A program made the translations under genes and the position numbers. From Nitrospinota bacterium (lineage in GTDB: Bacteria > UBA8248): a stretch of DNA of 64,000 nucleotides. Below the pieces are notes generated by a model. The model did no database searches, was not told the origin of the DNA, and saw only the letters and a program-made list of their open reading frames with translations. Below, piece after piece: positions 10,339 to 20,908 of the stretch (position 1 is its first letter; each line of letters starts with the position of its first letter). The stretch covers positions 75,164-139,163 of the forward strand of contig JAZAHK010000028.1 in assembly GCA_036231405.1 (NCBI GenBank), given 5' to 3'.

Positions 10339-11073
10339 TTAAATGGGAGGATAAAGTCTTCTAGCTACATTTGGGGAACCAGGAGCATGTACTAGTTTTC
10401 GGACTACCACGTCTGTCCATTCTTCCCTAACTGGGTCATGTTTTTCATGAATTGGGAAATACTTGTTTCTCAGTTCAAGAGAAACAAATTCGTAAAGAAC
10501 AGAATGTTTGGCCCAAGAAGCAGCAGATACAAGTTTCCTACATCCAATACAACCTTCGAGTGTTTCCATGCAAGGTAGCCTCCACTGTGCATACCAAGCC
10601 CCAAGTTCGTCTTCGTCTTCTACTTTTCCTGAGTTAAAACTCCCCATCTGGATCCATGGGCCAGGAGTCAGATCTGTGCTTCTTTTCGAAATGTCAGGAC
10701 CATCAACTCTTGCTTCTTCTACATAAATTCCGGAGCGTTCTCCGATTCTCCTTGAAAGCATTTCTTTTGTTTCATCAGAAAAAATTTCTTGTAATTCTGC
10801 AGGCGTAGGGTGAAAAAACGGTTTTGTTGTCTCTGCTCCAAATAAAAGGATGTATCTGTCTCCATTTGGTACAGAGGGGTCATCTGTATGCCCCAATCTG
10901 CCTTCAACACTATTGAGAATATCTTTTTTTTCTTGTGACTCATAATGAGCGACCCAAAGATAACCATCCCTGTTTGTTGCTTCCGGAAGATGTATCTGAT
11001 GAAGCCAATCAAGATATTCTTGTTTCCCTTCTTCTGGCAAATCATACCATGTAGCCCAAATAGAACGGTCCAT
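10339..11073 (-). CDS. Conserved hypothetical protein, probably two tandem EthD-like alpha/beta-barrel units
   Basis: Repeated units EYLDWLHQIHLPE and ELGAWYAQWRLPC; ATG 11073 after CAGGAG. Confidence 0.55.
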   Translation of the reverse strand: MDRSIWATWYDLPEEGKQEYLDWLHQIHLPEATNRDGYLWVAHYESQEKKDILNSVEGRLGHTDDPSVPNGDRYILLFGAETTKPFFHPTPAELQEIFSDETKEMLSRRIGERSGIYVEEARVDGPDISKRSTDLTPGPWIQMGSFNSGKVEDEDELGAWYAQWRLPCMETLEGCIGCRKLVSAASWAKHSVLYEFVSLELRNKYFPIHEKHDPVREEWTDVVVRKLVHAPGSPNVARRLYPPI

Positions 11074-11394
11074 GAAGTTCTCCTGTTGATATATATAATT
11101 TAAAAACAATTATATTATTTTTATTTCTAAATGCTCAATGACGCTTAGAGTTTTTGTCGCACCCGTTAAACCAATAAAAAAGTGCAAGTTTCTTTGGTAG
11201 AAATTTTTTTTGACGATCTAACTATTGAGAGATGAATAGAACTCTTCCAAGTTGCAAAATCGAAAGTATAATTGGATTAAGGAAACATTGAAATATTTCG
11301 AGAGATAATTTATGATGAAGGAATCTTGTTTGCAATTAAATAAAATGTATTAATTCCTAATATCGCCCAAATGTATTTGAAACGCGGAGCAAAC

Positions 11395-14300
11395 TTGAGT
11401 ACCGATTTCGTTCATCTTCATCTTCATAGTCAATACAGTTTGTTAGACGGTACTACTCGCATTAATGATTTAGTGAAAAGAGTAGATGAACTTGGTATGT
11501 CCGCAGTGGCCTTAACCGATCACGGGAATATGTTTGGTGCATTAAAATTTTATAAGGAAGCAAAAAAGGTAGGCGTAAAACCAATTATAGGTTGTGAAGT
11601 ATATGTAGCGCCAGGAAGCAGATTAGAAAAAGGTCAGGGAAGGAGTGTTGCAAACCGGTCTTATCATATGGTTTTGCTTGTGCAGAATGAAGTAGGATAC
11701 AAAAATTTATGCTCCCTCGTTACTTCAGGTTTTACCGAAGGCATGTATTATTTCCCAAGAATAGATCGAGAAATTCTTTCTGAACACTCAGAAGGTTTGA
11801 TTTGTACTACGGCGTGCCTCAGGGGCGAGGTGAATGATCATCTTTTAAAAGGAGATTATGAATCTGCGCAGGAGACAGTTAGTTTTTATAAGGAACTATT
11901 CCCTGGAAGATTTTATATAGAGTTGCAAGATCATGGTCTTGAAGAGGATAAGAGACTTATTCCTGAAGCTGTAAAAATTGCAAGAGAATTTGAACTCCCA
12001 TTGATCGCCACAAATGATGTGCATTATTTAATGGAGGGTGATCACCAGGTACAAGAAGTTCTCATTTGTGTGCAAACCGGAAAGACGCTAAACGATCCTG
12101 ACAGAATGAAGATTAAAAGCAATGAATTTTATTTAAAAAGTGTAGAAGATATGAGTACTCTCTTTGAGGATTACCCAGAGGCTATAGAAAATACACTTTT
12201 GGTTGCTGATGAATGTAGTTTTGATTTTAATTTTCATAACACACATTATCCGAGTTTAAATGTGCCAGAAGGACAGTCTTTAAAAGGTTTGATTTTTTCT
12301 ATTTCGGAGGAAGGTTTAGAGAAACGTTTTCAGGAGTTAGATTTAGAAGAGTCTCAAATGGGAGTTTATCGCGAAAGACTGGCAACTGAATTAGAAGTTA
12401 TCACATCACAAGGTTACGAAGGTTATTTTCTTATAGTTACAGATTTTATTCAGTATGCAAAAGAGCACGGGATTCCGGTTGGTCCAGGTAGGGGTTCGGT
12501 TGCTGGAAGTCTTGTTGCATTCGCTCTTGGGATAACTGGAATTGACCCCATTGCGTATGGATTGTTATTTGAAAGATTTTTAAATCCAGAGCGTGTTAGT
12601 CCACCAGATATTGACATTGATTTCTGTGTTGAAAGAAGGGATGAAGTAATTCGGTACGTCCAAGAGAAGTACGGTTCCAACAACGTTTCTCAAATTATTA
12701 CATTTGGAAGTATGCTCGCTAGAGGCGTTATCCGTGATGTAGGCCGTGTGATGGGAATCCCTTATGGAGAGGTAGATCGCATTGCAAAACTCATCCCTAA
12801 TGAACTGAATATTACATTGAAAGATGCGATTGATAAGGAACCTCGAATGATGGAGGTCCTTAAAAAAGATCCGTTAGTGCGTAACCTTATGGATACTGCC
12901 CAAAAATTAGAAGGGAATATTCGTCATGCAGGCACCCATGCTGCGGGAGTTGTAATTGCACCATCAAAGTTGACTGATTTCGTTCCTCTTTATAAACCCT
13001 CCGGCGGGGAAGTTGTTTCTCAGTATGACATGAGTGATATCGAAGAATTAGGTTTACTGAAAATGGATTTCCTTGGTCTTAAAACCTTAACTGTAATAGA
13101 AAAGTGTGTTGATTTGATTTCCTCAGAAGATAAAAGATTTAGTATAAAGGCAATACCTCTTGACGATCCAGATACTTTTTCTCTTCTTTCAGAAGGTAGA
13201 ACCACAGGTATTTTTCAACTTGAGAGTGCGGGAGTTAGAGAGTATTTGAAAAAACTTTCTCCCTCTAGTTTTGAGGATTTAATTGCTATGGTTGCGTTAT
13301 ATCGACCCGGGCCTCTCAATAGTGGAATGGTTGATGCTTTCATTGAAAGAAAGCATGGACGTGTGGAATTCGATTATTTCTTCCCAGAGTTAATCCCTAT
13401 TTTAGAAAGCACTTATGGAGTGATGGTATATCAGGAACAGGTGATGCGGATTTCGAATGTTCTTGCAGGCTTCTCTCTTGGTCGTGCAGACATTCTGCGA
13501 AAGGCAATGGGCAAGAAAAATGAAAGTCTTATGATAGAGCAAATGAATGATTTTATAGATGGTGCCCTTGAAAGTAATTACGACAAAAGTAAAGTAGTGG
13601 AACTGTGGGGTCAAATTGAGAAATTTGCAGGGTACGGTTTTAATAAAAGCCATAGTGCCGCATATGCTCTTATTGCCTACCGCACTGCTTATCTAAAGAC
13701 TCATTATCCCCAGCAATTCATGGCCGCTTTATTAACATGCGATTCAGATAACCCTGACAAAGTTATTAAAGATATTGCCGAATGTAGACAAATGAAAATC
13801 CCGGTTCTTTCTCCTGATATAAATGTTAGCATGAAAGATTTTATCGTTGAAGGTAATTCAATAAGGTTCGGACTGGCTGCCGTCAAGAATGTTGGCTCAG
13901 CCTTAGTCGATTCTGTTATAAAAAATAGAGAATACGATGGTCCTTTTAAATCGTTAGAAGAGTTTTGTTGTCGCGTTGATTACAAGCATTTTAATAGAAG
14001 GTCTCTTGAAAGTCTTATTAAAGCGTGTTGTTTCGATTCAATAACTGAAAATCGTGCAAGATCCATTGACTCTCTTGATCAGATCCTTGAAGTTGCGTCC
14101 AGAAGACAACAAAGTAAAGCTGTTGGACAAGGGTCACTTTTTTCATCTGATGGTTCTGAAGATTTCGAAATCCAAGGTTCGCAAGTAGAAGATTGGTCCG
14201 ACAAGGAACGTCTGGTATATGAGAGGGAAGTTTTAGGTTTTTACGTTTCTGGACATCCGTTAGATGATTGGGAAACTTCGATTAGTCGTTTTGCCAATAT

Positions 14301-14829
14301 AAATTCTCAAACTCTAACGGAGATTTTAGGTTCTAAAAGAGTCCGTATGGCGGGGATGATACGGTCTTCAAAGATGAGAACGACCCGAATGGGCCGTCGT
14401 ATGGCAAATTTTACTCTTGAAGATCGAGATGGAACCTCCGAGATGACGGTTTTTCCAGATGTTTTTGAAAATTGTTATCATTTTTTCGAAAGTGAAGAAC
14501 CGGTTTTAGTTATTGGTGACGTTGAATCCTCAGATGAAAGAGTTCAAGTGATAGTTCAGTCTATTGAATTTTTGCATGAAACTGAGAAAAATCATGCGAA
14601 AAAGATAGTGTTACAAATTAACGAAAGTAATTTTTCTTATAATAAACTAGAAGCCGTAAAAGAAGTTCTTTCTCGGTTTCCGGGAGGTTGTCCTGTTTGC
14701 CTTTCGGTTTCTCTCCGGAGTCAAGAAGTATTAGTAGAGGCTGGTCCCGATTTTGTGGTAGAACCTTGCGATAAATTAAGTGCCGAACTCGTTGGTCTTG
14801 TTGGTTCAGATTCTGTTTATTTTGAATAG
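11395..14829 (+). CDS. dnaE: DNA polymerase III alpha subunit
   Basis: FVHLHLHSQYSLLDG PHP domain, GPGRGS, PDIDIDF, KMDFLGL, GFNKSH; TTG 11395 after GGAG. Confidence 0.98.
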   Translation: MSTDFVHLHLHSQYSLLDGTTRINDLVKRVDELGMSAVALTDHGNMFGALKFYKEAKKVGVKPIIGCEVYVAPGSRLEKGQGRSVANRSYHMVLLVQNEVGYKNLCSLVTSGFTEGMYYFPRIDREILSEHSEGLICTTACLRGEVNDHLLKGDYESAQETVSFYKELFPGRFYIELQDHGLEEDKRLIPEAVKIAREFELPLIATNDVHYLMEGDHQVQEVLICVQTGKTLNDPDRMKIKSNEFYLKSVEDMSTLFEDYPEAIENTLLVADECSFDFNFHNTHYPSLNVPEGQSLKGLIFSISEEGLEKRFQELDLEESQMGVYRERLATELEVITSQGYEGYFLIVTDFIQYAKEHGIPVGPGRGSVAGSLVAFALGITGIDPIAYGLLFERFLNPERVSPPDIDIDFCVERRDEVIRYVQEKYGSNNVSQIITFGSMLARGVIRDVGRVMGIPYGEVDRIAKLIPNELNITLKDAIDKEPRMMEVLKKDPLVRNLMDTAQKLEGNIRHAGTHAAGVVIAPSKLTDFVPLYKPSGGEVVSQYDMSDIEELGLLKMDFLGLKTLTVIEKCVDLISSEDKRFSIKAIPLDDPDTFSLLSEGRTTGIFQLESAGVREYLKKLSPSSFEDLIAMVALYRPGPLNSGMVDAFIERKHGRVEFDYFFPELIPILESTYGVMVYQEQVMRISNVLAGFSLGRADILRKAMGKKNESLMIEQMNDFIDGALESNYDKSKVVELWGQIEKFAGYGFNKSHSAAYALIAYRTAYLKTHYPQQFMAALLTCDSDNPDKVIKDIAECRQMKIPVLSPDINVSMKDFIVEGNSIRFGLAAVKNVGSALVDSVIKNREYDGPFKSLEEFCCRVDYKHFNRRSLESLIKACCFDSITENRARSIDSLDQILEVASRRQQSKAVGQGSLFSSDGSEDFEIQGSQVEDWSDKERLVYEREVLGFYVSGHPLDDWETSISRFANINSQTLTEILGSKRVRMAGMIRSSKMRTTRMGRRMANFTLEDRDGTSEMTVFPDVFENCYHFFESEEPVLVIGDVESSDERVQVIVQSIEFLHETEKNHAKKIVLQINESNFSYNKLEAVKEVLSRFPGGCPVCLSVSLRSQEVLVEAGPDFVVEPCDKLSAELVGLVGSDSVYFE

Positions 14830-14836
14830 TGCGGAT

Positions 14837-15523
14837 ATGGCAGGAATCAAAGCATTTTCTCTAGGCCAACAAGAATTTTTGTATTCTTGGAATATTCAAA
14901 AAAAAATATGGGCAAAACGATCATCTGGGGAACTAGATCACGACGTTCTGCTATTCTTGGAGCACGATCCGGTTTTTACTCTCGGAATAGGTGGCAATGA
15001 AGATAACGTCCTATCTAGAAAATCACCATTAGATGGGAAGAATGTCCCCGTTTTGAGGATAAACAGAGGAGGGGAAGTAACCTTTCACGGTCCGGGCCAA
15101 CTTATGGTTTACGCAATTTTTGATCTTAGGAATTACGGAAAGGATGTCCATGTCCATTGTAGAAAATTGGAGGAGATTTTTGTTAAATATTCTTGTACTA
15201 TAGGGCTTCATATTTTCAGGAAAGATAAAAGCCCTGGACTCTGGGTGGGTGGTTTAAAGATCTTATCTTTGGGAATAGGAGTTCGAAGGTGGATAACGAT
15301 GCATGGAGTTTCATTTAATGTTTCTCCTAATTTAGATTTTTTTAAAATGATAAACCCTTGCGGGTCTATCGATGAACGAATTACTTCATTAGAGTCTCTA
15401 AACCTAAATGTTTCCTCTATTGGAGACTTAATCACTGATCTTATTCCTATTTGCTCGGAAATTTTCGATCAAGAAGTCGTCGTTTGTGAACCCAATGACT
15501 TAGATGAAATATTATTTAGCTAA
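14837..15523 (+). CDS. lipB: Lipoyl(octanoyl) transferase
   Basis: LEHDPVFTLG, RGGEVTFHGPGQL, HGVSFN, INPCG. Confidence 0.93.
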   Translation: MAGIKAFSLGQQEFLYSWNIQKKIWAKRSSGELDHDVLLFLEHDPVFTLGIGGNEDNVLSRKSPLDGKNVPVLRINRGGEVTFHGPGQLMVYAIFDLRNYGKDVHVHCRKLEEIFVKYSCTIGLHIFRKDKSPGLWVGGLKILSLGIGVRRWITMHGVSFNVSPNLDFFKMINPCGSIDERITSLESLNLNVSSIGDLITDLIPICSEIFDQEVVVCEPNDLDEILFS

Positions 15524-15539
15524 AATTTTGGAGGATGAG

Positions 15540-16277
15540 TTGAATCAAACTTTATTTCATTTCCCCTTAAAAAAATATTTTTCATTTTTTCTGTTATTTT
15601 TTATTTTTTCGGCAGACGATGTCTTTGCTGAAAGTATTTCAGGTTTAACTGAATTACCCACAAGCCTATTGTTTTTATTTAAAAAGGGCGGGTACGTGAT
15701 GATCCCAATTTTTCTGTGTTCTGTAATCGCTTTTGCTCTTACCTTGGAAAGGTTCTTGTTTTTGCGTAGGAGTAAGATTTTCCCACGTTTTATGATGAAG
15801 GAGATTGAATTATTAAATGGTTCGTCCAATCTCTCTGATGTAGATGCTATATGTAAACAATATGATGTTCCACTTACACGTATCATTGCAGCAGGATTTA
15901 CAAGGAAGGAACTTGGATTAGGTGAAATGGAAAAGGCTATGACTGGATGTGGTCAACATGAATCTAGTATTCTTTCTCGTAATCTAAGAGGTCTGGGTGT
16001 AATTGCAAACTTAGCACCTATGCTAGGTCTCTTTGGAACTGTGATAGGAATGATTCGCGCTTTTGATGTTATTAGTAAGGCAGGCACTGGTAACCCTGGA
16101 CTGGTTGCTGAAGGCATTTCTCAAGCTCTTTTTACGACTGCAGCAGGATTAATAGTTGGTATTCCCTCTTTAGCTCTTTACCATTTTTTTCGTTCTCGTA
16201 TAGAAAAGATTATTTTTGAATTGGAAAGTATATCCCTTGATTTACTTAATACCTTAGCTGATAAATTTAGGAAATAG
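15540..16277 (+). CDS. exbB: MotA/TolQ/ExbB proton channel family protein
   Basis: GGYVMIPI, APMLGLFGTVIGMIRAF, GISQALFTTAAGL. Confidence 0.88.
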   Translation: MNQTLFHFPLKKYFSFFLLFFIFSADDVFAESISGLTELPTSLLFLFKKGGYVMIPIFLCSVIAFALTLERFLFLRRSKIFPRFMMKEIELLNGSSNLSDVDAICKQYDVPLTRIIAAGFTRKELGLGEMEKAMTGCGQHESSILSRNLRGLGVIANLAPMLGLFGTVIGMIRAFDVISKAGTGNPGLVAEGISQALFTTAAGLIVGIPSLALYHFFRSRIEKIIFELESISLDLLNTLADKFRK

Positions 16278-16295
16278 ACTAAATGGAAAGACCAT

Positions 16296-16700
16296 ATGCT
16301 TTTTAATCATTTTAAAGAAGAAGAAGACTATAGTTTGCAGTTAACCTCTTTAATAGATGTGGTGTTTCTTTTATTGATTTTCTTTATGGTTTCGACAACT
16401 TTTGTTGATTTTACTAGACGTCTCGATATTCAATTGCCGGAATCTAAAAAGAGTAATGAGGTTTTTAAAAAAAAGGCAATTTTAATAGAAATTGGATTAG
16501 AAAAGAAGATTCACATGAATGGAAAATTGATTAAAGTGGAATCTGTAGAATCAGAGATTCGTGCTAGTGCAAAAGAAAAACTCAAATTAACTACGGTGAC
16601 TATAAAGGCGGATAAAAGACTTGATTACGGTTTTGTTATTAAGGTTCTTGGAAAAGTTTTTAATCTTGGGATAAGAGATATCGCAGTTGCTGTTAAATAA
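16296..16700 (+). CDS. exbD: ExbD/TolR biopolymer transporter
   Basis: LTSLIDVVFLLLIFFMV, IKADK..YG. Confidence 0.9.
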   Translation: MLFNHFKEEEDYSLQLTSLIDVVFLLLIFFMVSTTFVDFTRRLDIQLPESKKSNEVFKKKAILIEIGLEKKIHMNGKLIKVESVESEIRASAKEKLKLTTVTIKADKRLDYGFVIKVLGKVFNLGIRDIAVAVK

Positions 16701-16716
16701 AGGTTTGAATTTTTAA

Positions 16717-17355
16717 ATGTCATTTACTACCTCTTCTACTCATAGATTGCTTCTCATTAGGCATGGGATTTCTGAAGGAAGTGTAGATGGTCGTTTTTTT
16801 GGTAAGACAGATACTTTGTTATTACCTGAAGGAAAAGAACAAGTGATAGAAGTGTCTTCCAATATCTCTCATTGGTTGGAGGATTTTCCTTCTTTAAAGT
16901 TTTATACAAGTCCTTTGCGCCGTGCTACCAGCACCCTAGATGTCTTGATTAAATCGCTTGATTTAAATAATGAAAACTTGTTCTCTAGAGTAGTACATGA
17001 GTTTTCGGAGTTGAATTTTGGTGAATGGGAAGGAGAAACCTCTTCCTCATTATTGGAAAAAACCCCAGAAGTTTTCTCTGAGCATTGTGCAAATATTGCC
17101 ACATCCATTCCACCTGGGGGTGAGTCTTTGATCGAATTGTCTAAACGAGTATGCTCCACCCTATTTGATATTCTGTCTTCTGCAAATGGCCATACTATAG
17201 TTATTGTTGCGCATTTAGCAGTAAATCGCATAATTTTATGTCGTATTCTTGGCATTCCTCTCTCTAATTTCTTCTTTATTTGTCAGGATAATGCATCCCT
17301 AAATGTGATTGATTTTAAGGGAGAGATTCCACAGGTTCGTCTAATAAATGGTTAA
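16717..17355 (+). CDS. Histidine phosphatase family protein (CobC/phosphoglycerate mutase-like)
   Basis: LIRHG, TSPLRRA, ELNFGEWEG, PGGES, VAH. Confidence 0.88.
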   Translation: MSFTTSSTHRLLLIRHGISEGSVDGRFFGKTDTLLLPEGKEQVIEVSSNISHWLEDFPSLKFYTSPLRRATSTLDVLIKSLDLNNENLFSRVVHEFSELNFGEWEGETSSSLLEKTPEVFSEHCANIATSIPPGGESLIELSKRVCSTLFDILSSANGHTIVIVAHLAVNRIILCRILGIPLSNFFFICQDNASLNVIDFKGEIPQVRLING

Positions 17356-17479
17356 ATTCCAATACATTAAATTTCCTGATTGAATTTATTTGATTTTTCT
17401 AGTTGACATGATAGCCTTATTAAAGGTTTATTTACTTTTTGTTTTTTTGTTAGAAAATATGAGGTTTTTTGTTTTGAGA

Positions 17480-17923
17480 ATGTATCAGGGTACGTCAATG
17501 TTAACTAAAGAGAGCGCACCTCTTCTTCGGAAGTGGGTTCTGGTTGATGCATCTGATCAGCCTTTAGGACGTCTTGCTTCTAAAATTGCTTATGTTTTGC
17601 AAGGGAAGCACCGTTCGTCTTGGACCCCTCATGTTGATTCTGGTGATTTTGTTATCGTTGTTAATTCAAAAAAAATATCTCTCACCGGAATGAAGATGGA
17701 ACAGAAAAAGTACTATAGGCATTCTGGATATCCTGGGAATCTTAAAGAATTTACTGCGAAAGAAGTTTTAGCAACACATCCAAATCGTGTTATTGAGTCT
17801 GCCGTAAGACTCATGCTACCTAAGTCTAAGTTGGGTAGAAGTATGTTGAGTAAGATGAAAGTTTACTCAGGTGCTGAACATCCCCATAGTGCTCAGCAAC
17901 CAGAAATTTTATCTACTGAATAA
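17480..17923 (+). CDS. rplM: 50S ribosomal protein L13
   Basis: KWVLVDA..PLGRLAS, GKH..WTPHVDSGD, HSGYPG, HPHSAQQP. Confidence 0.97.
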   Translation: MYQGTSMLTKESAPLLRKWVLVDASDQPLGRLASKIAYVLQGKHRSSWTPHVDSGDFVIVVNSKKISLTGMKMEQKKYYRHSGYPGNLKEFTAKEVLATHPNRVIESAVRLMLPKSKLGRSMLSKMKVYSGAEHPHSAQQPEILSTE

Positions 17924-17939
17924 GTTTTGAGGATTATAC

Positions 17940-18338
17940 ATGGACAAAGCATCAGAATTGCATTATGCGACAGGAAAAAGAAAGTCTTCTATAGCTCGTG
18001 TTTGGATTGGAGCGGGCAATGGACGTATTTTGGTTAACAATAAACCCTTTGAGGAATACTTTCTGAGGGATACTTCTCTTATGGTTATTAAACAGCCCTT
18101 TGAATTAACAGAAACTTGGGGTTCCTATGATGTTAAGGCGACAGTTAAGGGTGGAGGAAAGACCGGACAGGCTGGCGCTGTTCGCCATGGGATTTCAAAG
18201 GCTTTGCTCGAAGTAGATCAGAATTTCCGTTCAGTTCTAAAGAAAGCTGGTCTTCTTACAAGAGATTCAAGAGTAAAAGAGCGTAAAAAATATGGTCGTA
18301 AGGGTGCCCGAAAGAGTTTTCAATTTTCTAAGCGTTAA
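17940..18338 (+). CDS. rpsI: 30S ribosomal protein S9
   Basis: [40 protein letters not shown]. Confidence 0.98.
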   Translation: MDKASELHYATGKRKSSIARVWIGAGNGRILVNNKPFEEYFLRDTSLMVIKQPFELTETWGSYDVKATVKGGGKTGQAGAVRHGISKALLEVDQNFRSVLKKAGLLTRDSRVKERKKYGRKGARKSFQFSKR

Positions 18339-18362
18339 TAAGTTTTCAGAAATTATATCTTT

Positions 18363-18390
18363 GGGGTGCATTTTATGCATCCCTTTTTTT
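18363..18390 (+). terminator. Intrinsic terminator of rplM-rpsI
   Basis: GGGGTGCAT-ttt-ATGCATCCC followed by T7. Confidence 0.85.
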
Positions 18391-18487
18391 GTTTGTTTTT
18401 TTTTCTGACATGGTAGAATCTCGAGTTAGATGTAAATAGTTTTATACCTTCTGGGTTTTTAATGGATTTTTATTTGAGGTTAGTGAA

Positions 18488-19525
18488 ATGCAAAAAATTG
18501 CGGTTGTAGGAGCGACTGGGTATACGGGGTTTGAGTTACTGCGTTTGTTATCTTCTCACGATTCAGTTGAATTAGTCCTAGCAACTTCAGAAAAAAATGC
18601 CAATAAAAAAATTTCTGAAATTTTTCCGTCTCTTGAAAAATATTTTTCTCTGAAGTTTGAAAGTTTTTCTGTAGAAAAATGTCAAGGTGTCGACTTAGTT
18701 TTTTGTTGCCTCCCTCACAAAGTCTCTATGGATATAGTTCCCTCCTTGTTAGGACAGGGGAACAGAGTTATAGATTTTTCTGCAGATTATAGATTTAAAG
18801 ACAAAGAAGTTTATCAATCATGGTATAAAATAAAACATAAGAGCCCTGATGTTATACAAAAAGCTGTGTATGGCATGCCTGAATTGTACAGGAAAGAAAT
18901 AGTCGATAGTGAATTGGTTGCGAATCCGGGATGTTATCCTACAGGGGCTATTTTAGGTCTTTTCCCATTAGGAAAGGAAGGTTTGATTGAACCAAATTCT
19001 ATCGTTGTTGATGCTAAATCTGGAGTTTCGGGTGCAGGTAGAAAAGAGGGACTTCAATTTCAATTTAGTGAAATTGAGCAAGGGTTTAAGGCTTACAGCA
19101 TCGCAAACCATAGACATACTCCAGAAATAGAGCAAGAGTTGTCTAAAGCTTTCGGTGCAGATGTTAAAATAACTTTTACCCCACACTTAATTCCGGTTAC
19201 AAGAGGAATATTTTCCACCATATATTTTAAAGCTTTAGAGAATATTCAACTCTCGAAAATAAATGGAACACTTTCTAGGTTCTATGAAAAAGAAAAATTT
19301 GTAAGGATATTTGAAAATCAAGAGACTCTTGATATCAGTCAGGTAGTAGGCACAAATTTTGTGGATATTAAAGTGACGTTCGATGAAAGAACGGGTAGAT
19401 ATATAATGACCACTGTAATAGATAACTTAGTCAAAGGTGCATCGGGTGCTGCAGTGCAGAACATGAATCTAATGTTACGTATTCCGGAAACGAAGGGTTT
19501 GCCGAATGCAGGATTTTGGATATAG
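18488..19525 (+). CDS. argC: N-acetyl-gamma-glutamyl-phosphate reductase
   Basis: GATGYTG, ANPGCYPT, SGVSGAGR, HRHTPEI, DNLVKGASG. Confidence 0.97.
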   Translation: MQKIAVVGATGYTGFELLRLLSSHDSVELVLATSEKNANKKISEIFPSLEKYFSLKFESFSVEKCQGVDLVFCCLPHKVSMDIVPSLLGQGNRVIDFSADYRFKDKEVYQSWYKIKHKSPDVIQKAVYGMPELYRKEIVDSELVANPGCYPTGAILGLFPLGKEGLIEPNSIVVDAKSGVSGAGRKEGLQFQFSEIEQGFKAYSIANHRHTPEIEQELSKAFGADVKITFTPHLIPVTRGIFSTIYFKALENIQLSKINGTLSRFYEKEKFVRIFENQETLDISQVVGTNFVDIKVTFDERTGRYIMTTVIDNLVKGASGAAVQNMNLMLRIPETKGLPNAGFWI

Positions 19526-19527
19526 AG

Positions 19528-20733
19528 ATGGATGATTTCATAAAAAAAATAGAAGGTGGAGTCTGTGCTCCTCAGGATGTTTTGGCATCGGCATTCACAG
19601 CTGGGATTAAAGAATCTGGGCGTCCGGATATGGCTCTACTTCAGTTCCCAATCGGTACGAATACGTCAGGTGTTTTTACGAAAAATTTAGTCTGTGCAGC
19701 TCCTGTTCTGATTTGTCGTGAAGTGGTAGATAGGAATCTTTTGCGTGCAATCTTAGTAAATAGCGGTAATGCGAATGCCTGTACTGGCGAAAAAGGGGAA
19801 GAAGATGCTCGTATGTTATGCTCTTCTTTAGCAAACTTAATGAATTGCAATCCAGAAAATATTGCCATGTGCTCTACTGGAATAATTGGCGTTGAACTGC
19901 CTACAGGATTGATGTTATCTGCCTTGGAGGGCCTAGTTTCTGGTCTATCCACTAAAAATGGTGGTTCTGCCGCTGAAGCTATTATGACTACTGACACATG
20001 TCCTAAAGAATATGCCTTGGAGGTCGATTTTCCTGAGGGGAAGGTTAGGATAGGCGGAATGGCAAAGGGTGCTGGAATGATCGCTCCTAATATGGCAACT
20101 ATGCTTGCTTTCTTGACCACTGATGCGAATGTTTCGAAGGAGGTGTTAGACAAAATTTTAGTGGAGTGTGTAAATGAGACGTTTAATGCAATTACTATTG
20201 ATGGTGATACGTCCACAAATGACTCCGTTATAGTTGCATCGACTGGTTCATCCATTAAAATAGAGAGCGAAGAGTCGATTTCTCGCTTTCATTTTGCATT
20301 GAGAAAAATTTGTGGGGAACTTTCTCTTTCAATACTAAGGGATGGTGAAGGAGTTAGTAAGGTTGTCTCTATAAAGGTTTCGGGTACAAAGAACAACTTT
20401 GATGCTCATTCCGTTGCGAGGTCGGTTGCTGAGAGTTTACTTGTTAAAACTGCTTTAAATGGAGAGTTACCGAATTGGGGTAGAATTCTAGCTGCAGCTG
20501 GATATAGTGGTGTAGATTTCAATCCTAAAATTTTTGGGCTTAGAATTGGTGACGTTTTCGTTATGGAAGATGGAGTTGCAGTAGACGGTTGGGAAACTGC
20601 GCTCTTAAGCGTTTTAAAAAAAGAGGAATACGGTATAGAAATTAATGTGGGAAAGGGCAAAGGAACTGCTACCGTCTGGACAACGGATTTAAGTTCTGAC
20701 TATGTTCGCATTAATGCCGATTATCGTACTTGA
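19528..20733 (+). CDS. argJ: Bifunctional ornithine acetyltransferase/N-acetylglutamate synthase
   Basis: NSGNANACTG, AIMTTDT, KGAGMIAPNMATML, DGDTSTND, DGEG, INADYRT. Confidence 0.97.
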   Translation: MDDFIKKIEGGVCAPQDVLASAFTAGIKESGRPDMALLQFPIGTNTSGVFTKNLVCAAPVLICREVVDRNLLRAILVNSGNANACTGEKGEEDARMLCSSLANLMNCNPENIAMCSTGIIGVELPTGLMLSALEGLVSGLSTKNGGSAAEAIMTTDTCPKEYALEVDFPEGKVRIGGMAKGAGMIAPNMATMLAFLTTDANVSKEVLDKILVECVNETFNAITIDGDTSTNDSVIVASTGSSIKIESEESISRFHFALRKICGELSLSILRDGEGVSKVVSIKVSGTKNNFDAHSVARSVAESLLVKTALNGELPNWGRILAAAGYSGVDFNPKIFGLRIGDVFVMEDGVAVDGWETALLSVLKKEEYGIEINVGKGKGTATVWTTDLSSDYVRINADYRT

Positions 20734-20798
20734 TTTAGTTTTTCTAAATAGAGTTGAATCATCATTCTTCTTATGAGACATTCTTCTTTCGATTTATA

Positions 20799-20892
20799 AG
20801 CGGAGTTTCGAAAAAAGATGATATTTTAGTTCTTACGATGTCTTTTCCGCTAAAAGGCGTTATTTCGCTTCACGTTACTTAAAACCGTGGGG
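20799..20892 (+). promoter_or_regulatory. Structured 5' leader of rpsB (candidate S2 autoregulatory RNA)
   Basis: Helices AGCGGA/TCCGCT (20799-20851), AGGCG/CGCTT (20855-20870) and CACG/CGTG (20871-20889) just before the RBS. Confidence 0.35.
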
Positions 20893-20908
20893 TAGGGAGG
20901 GAGTTTTT

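Noticed and set aside
19641-20255. Long antisense ORFs in the track (for example 204 aa opposite argJ, 167 aa opposite TolC)
   Set aside because: Shadow ORFs fully overlapping well-supported genes, with no recognisable motifs
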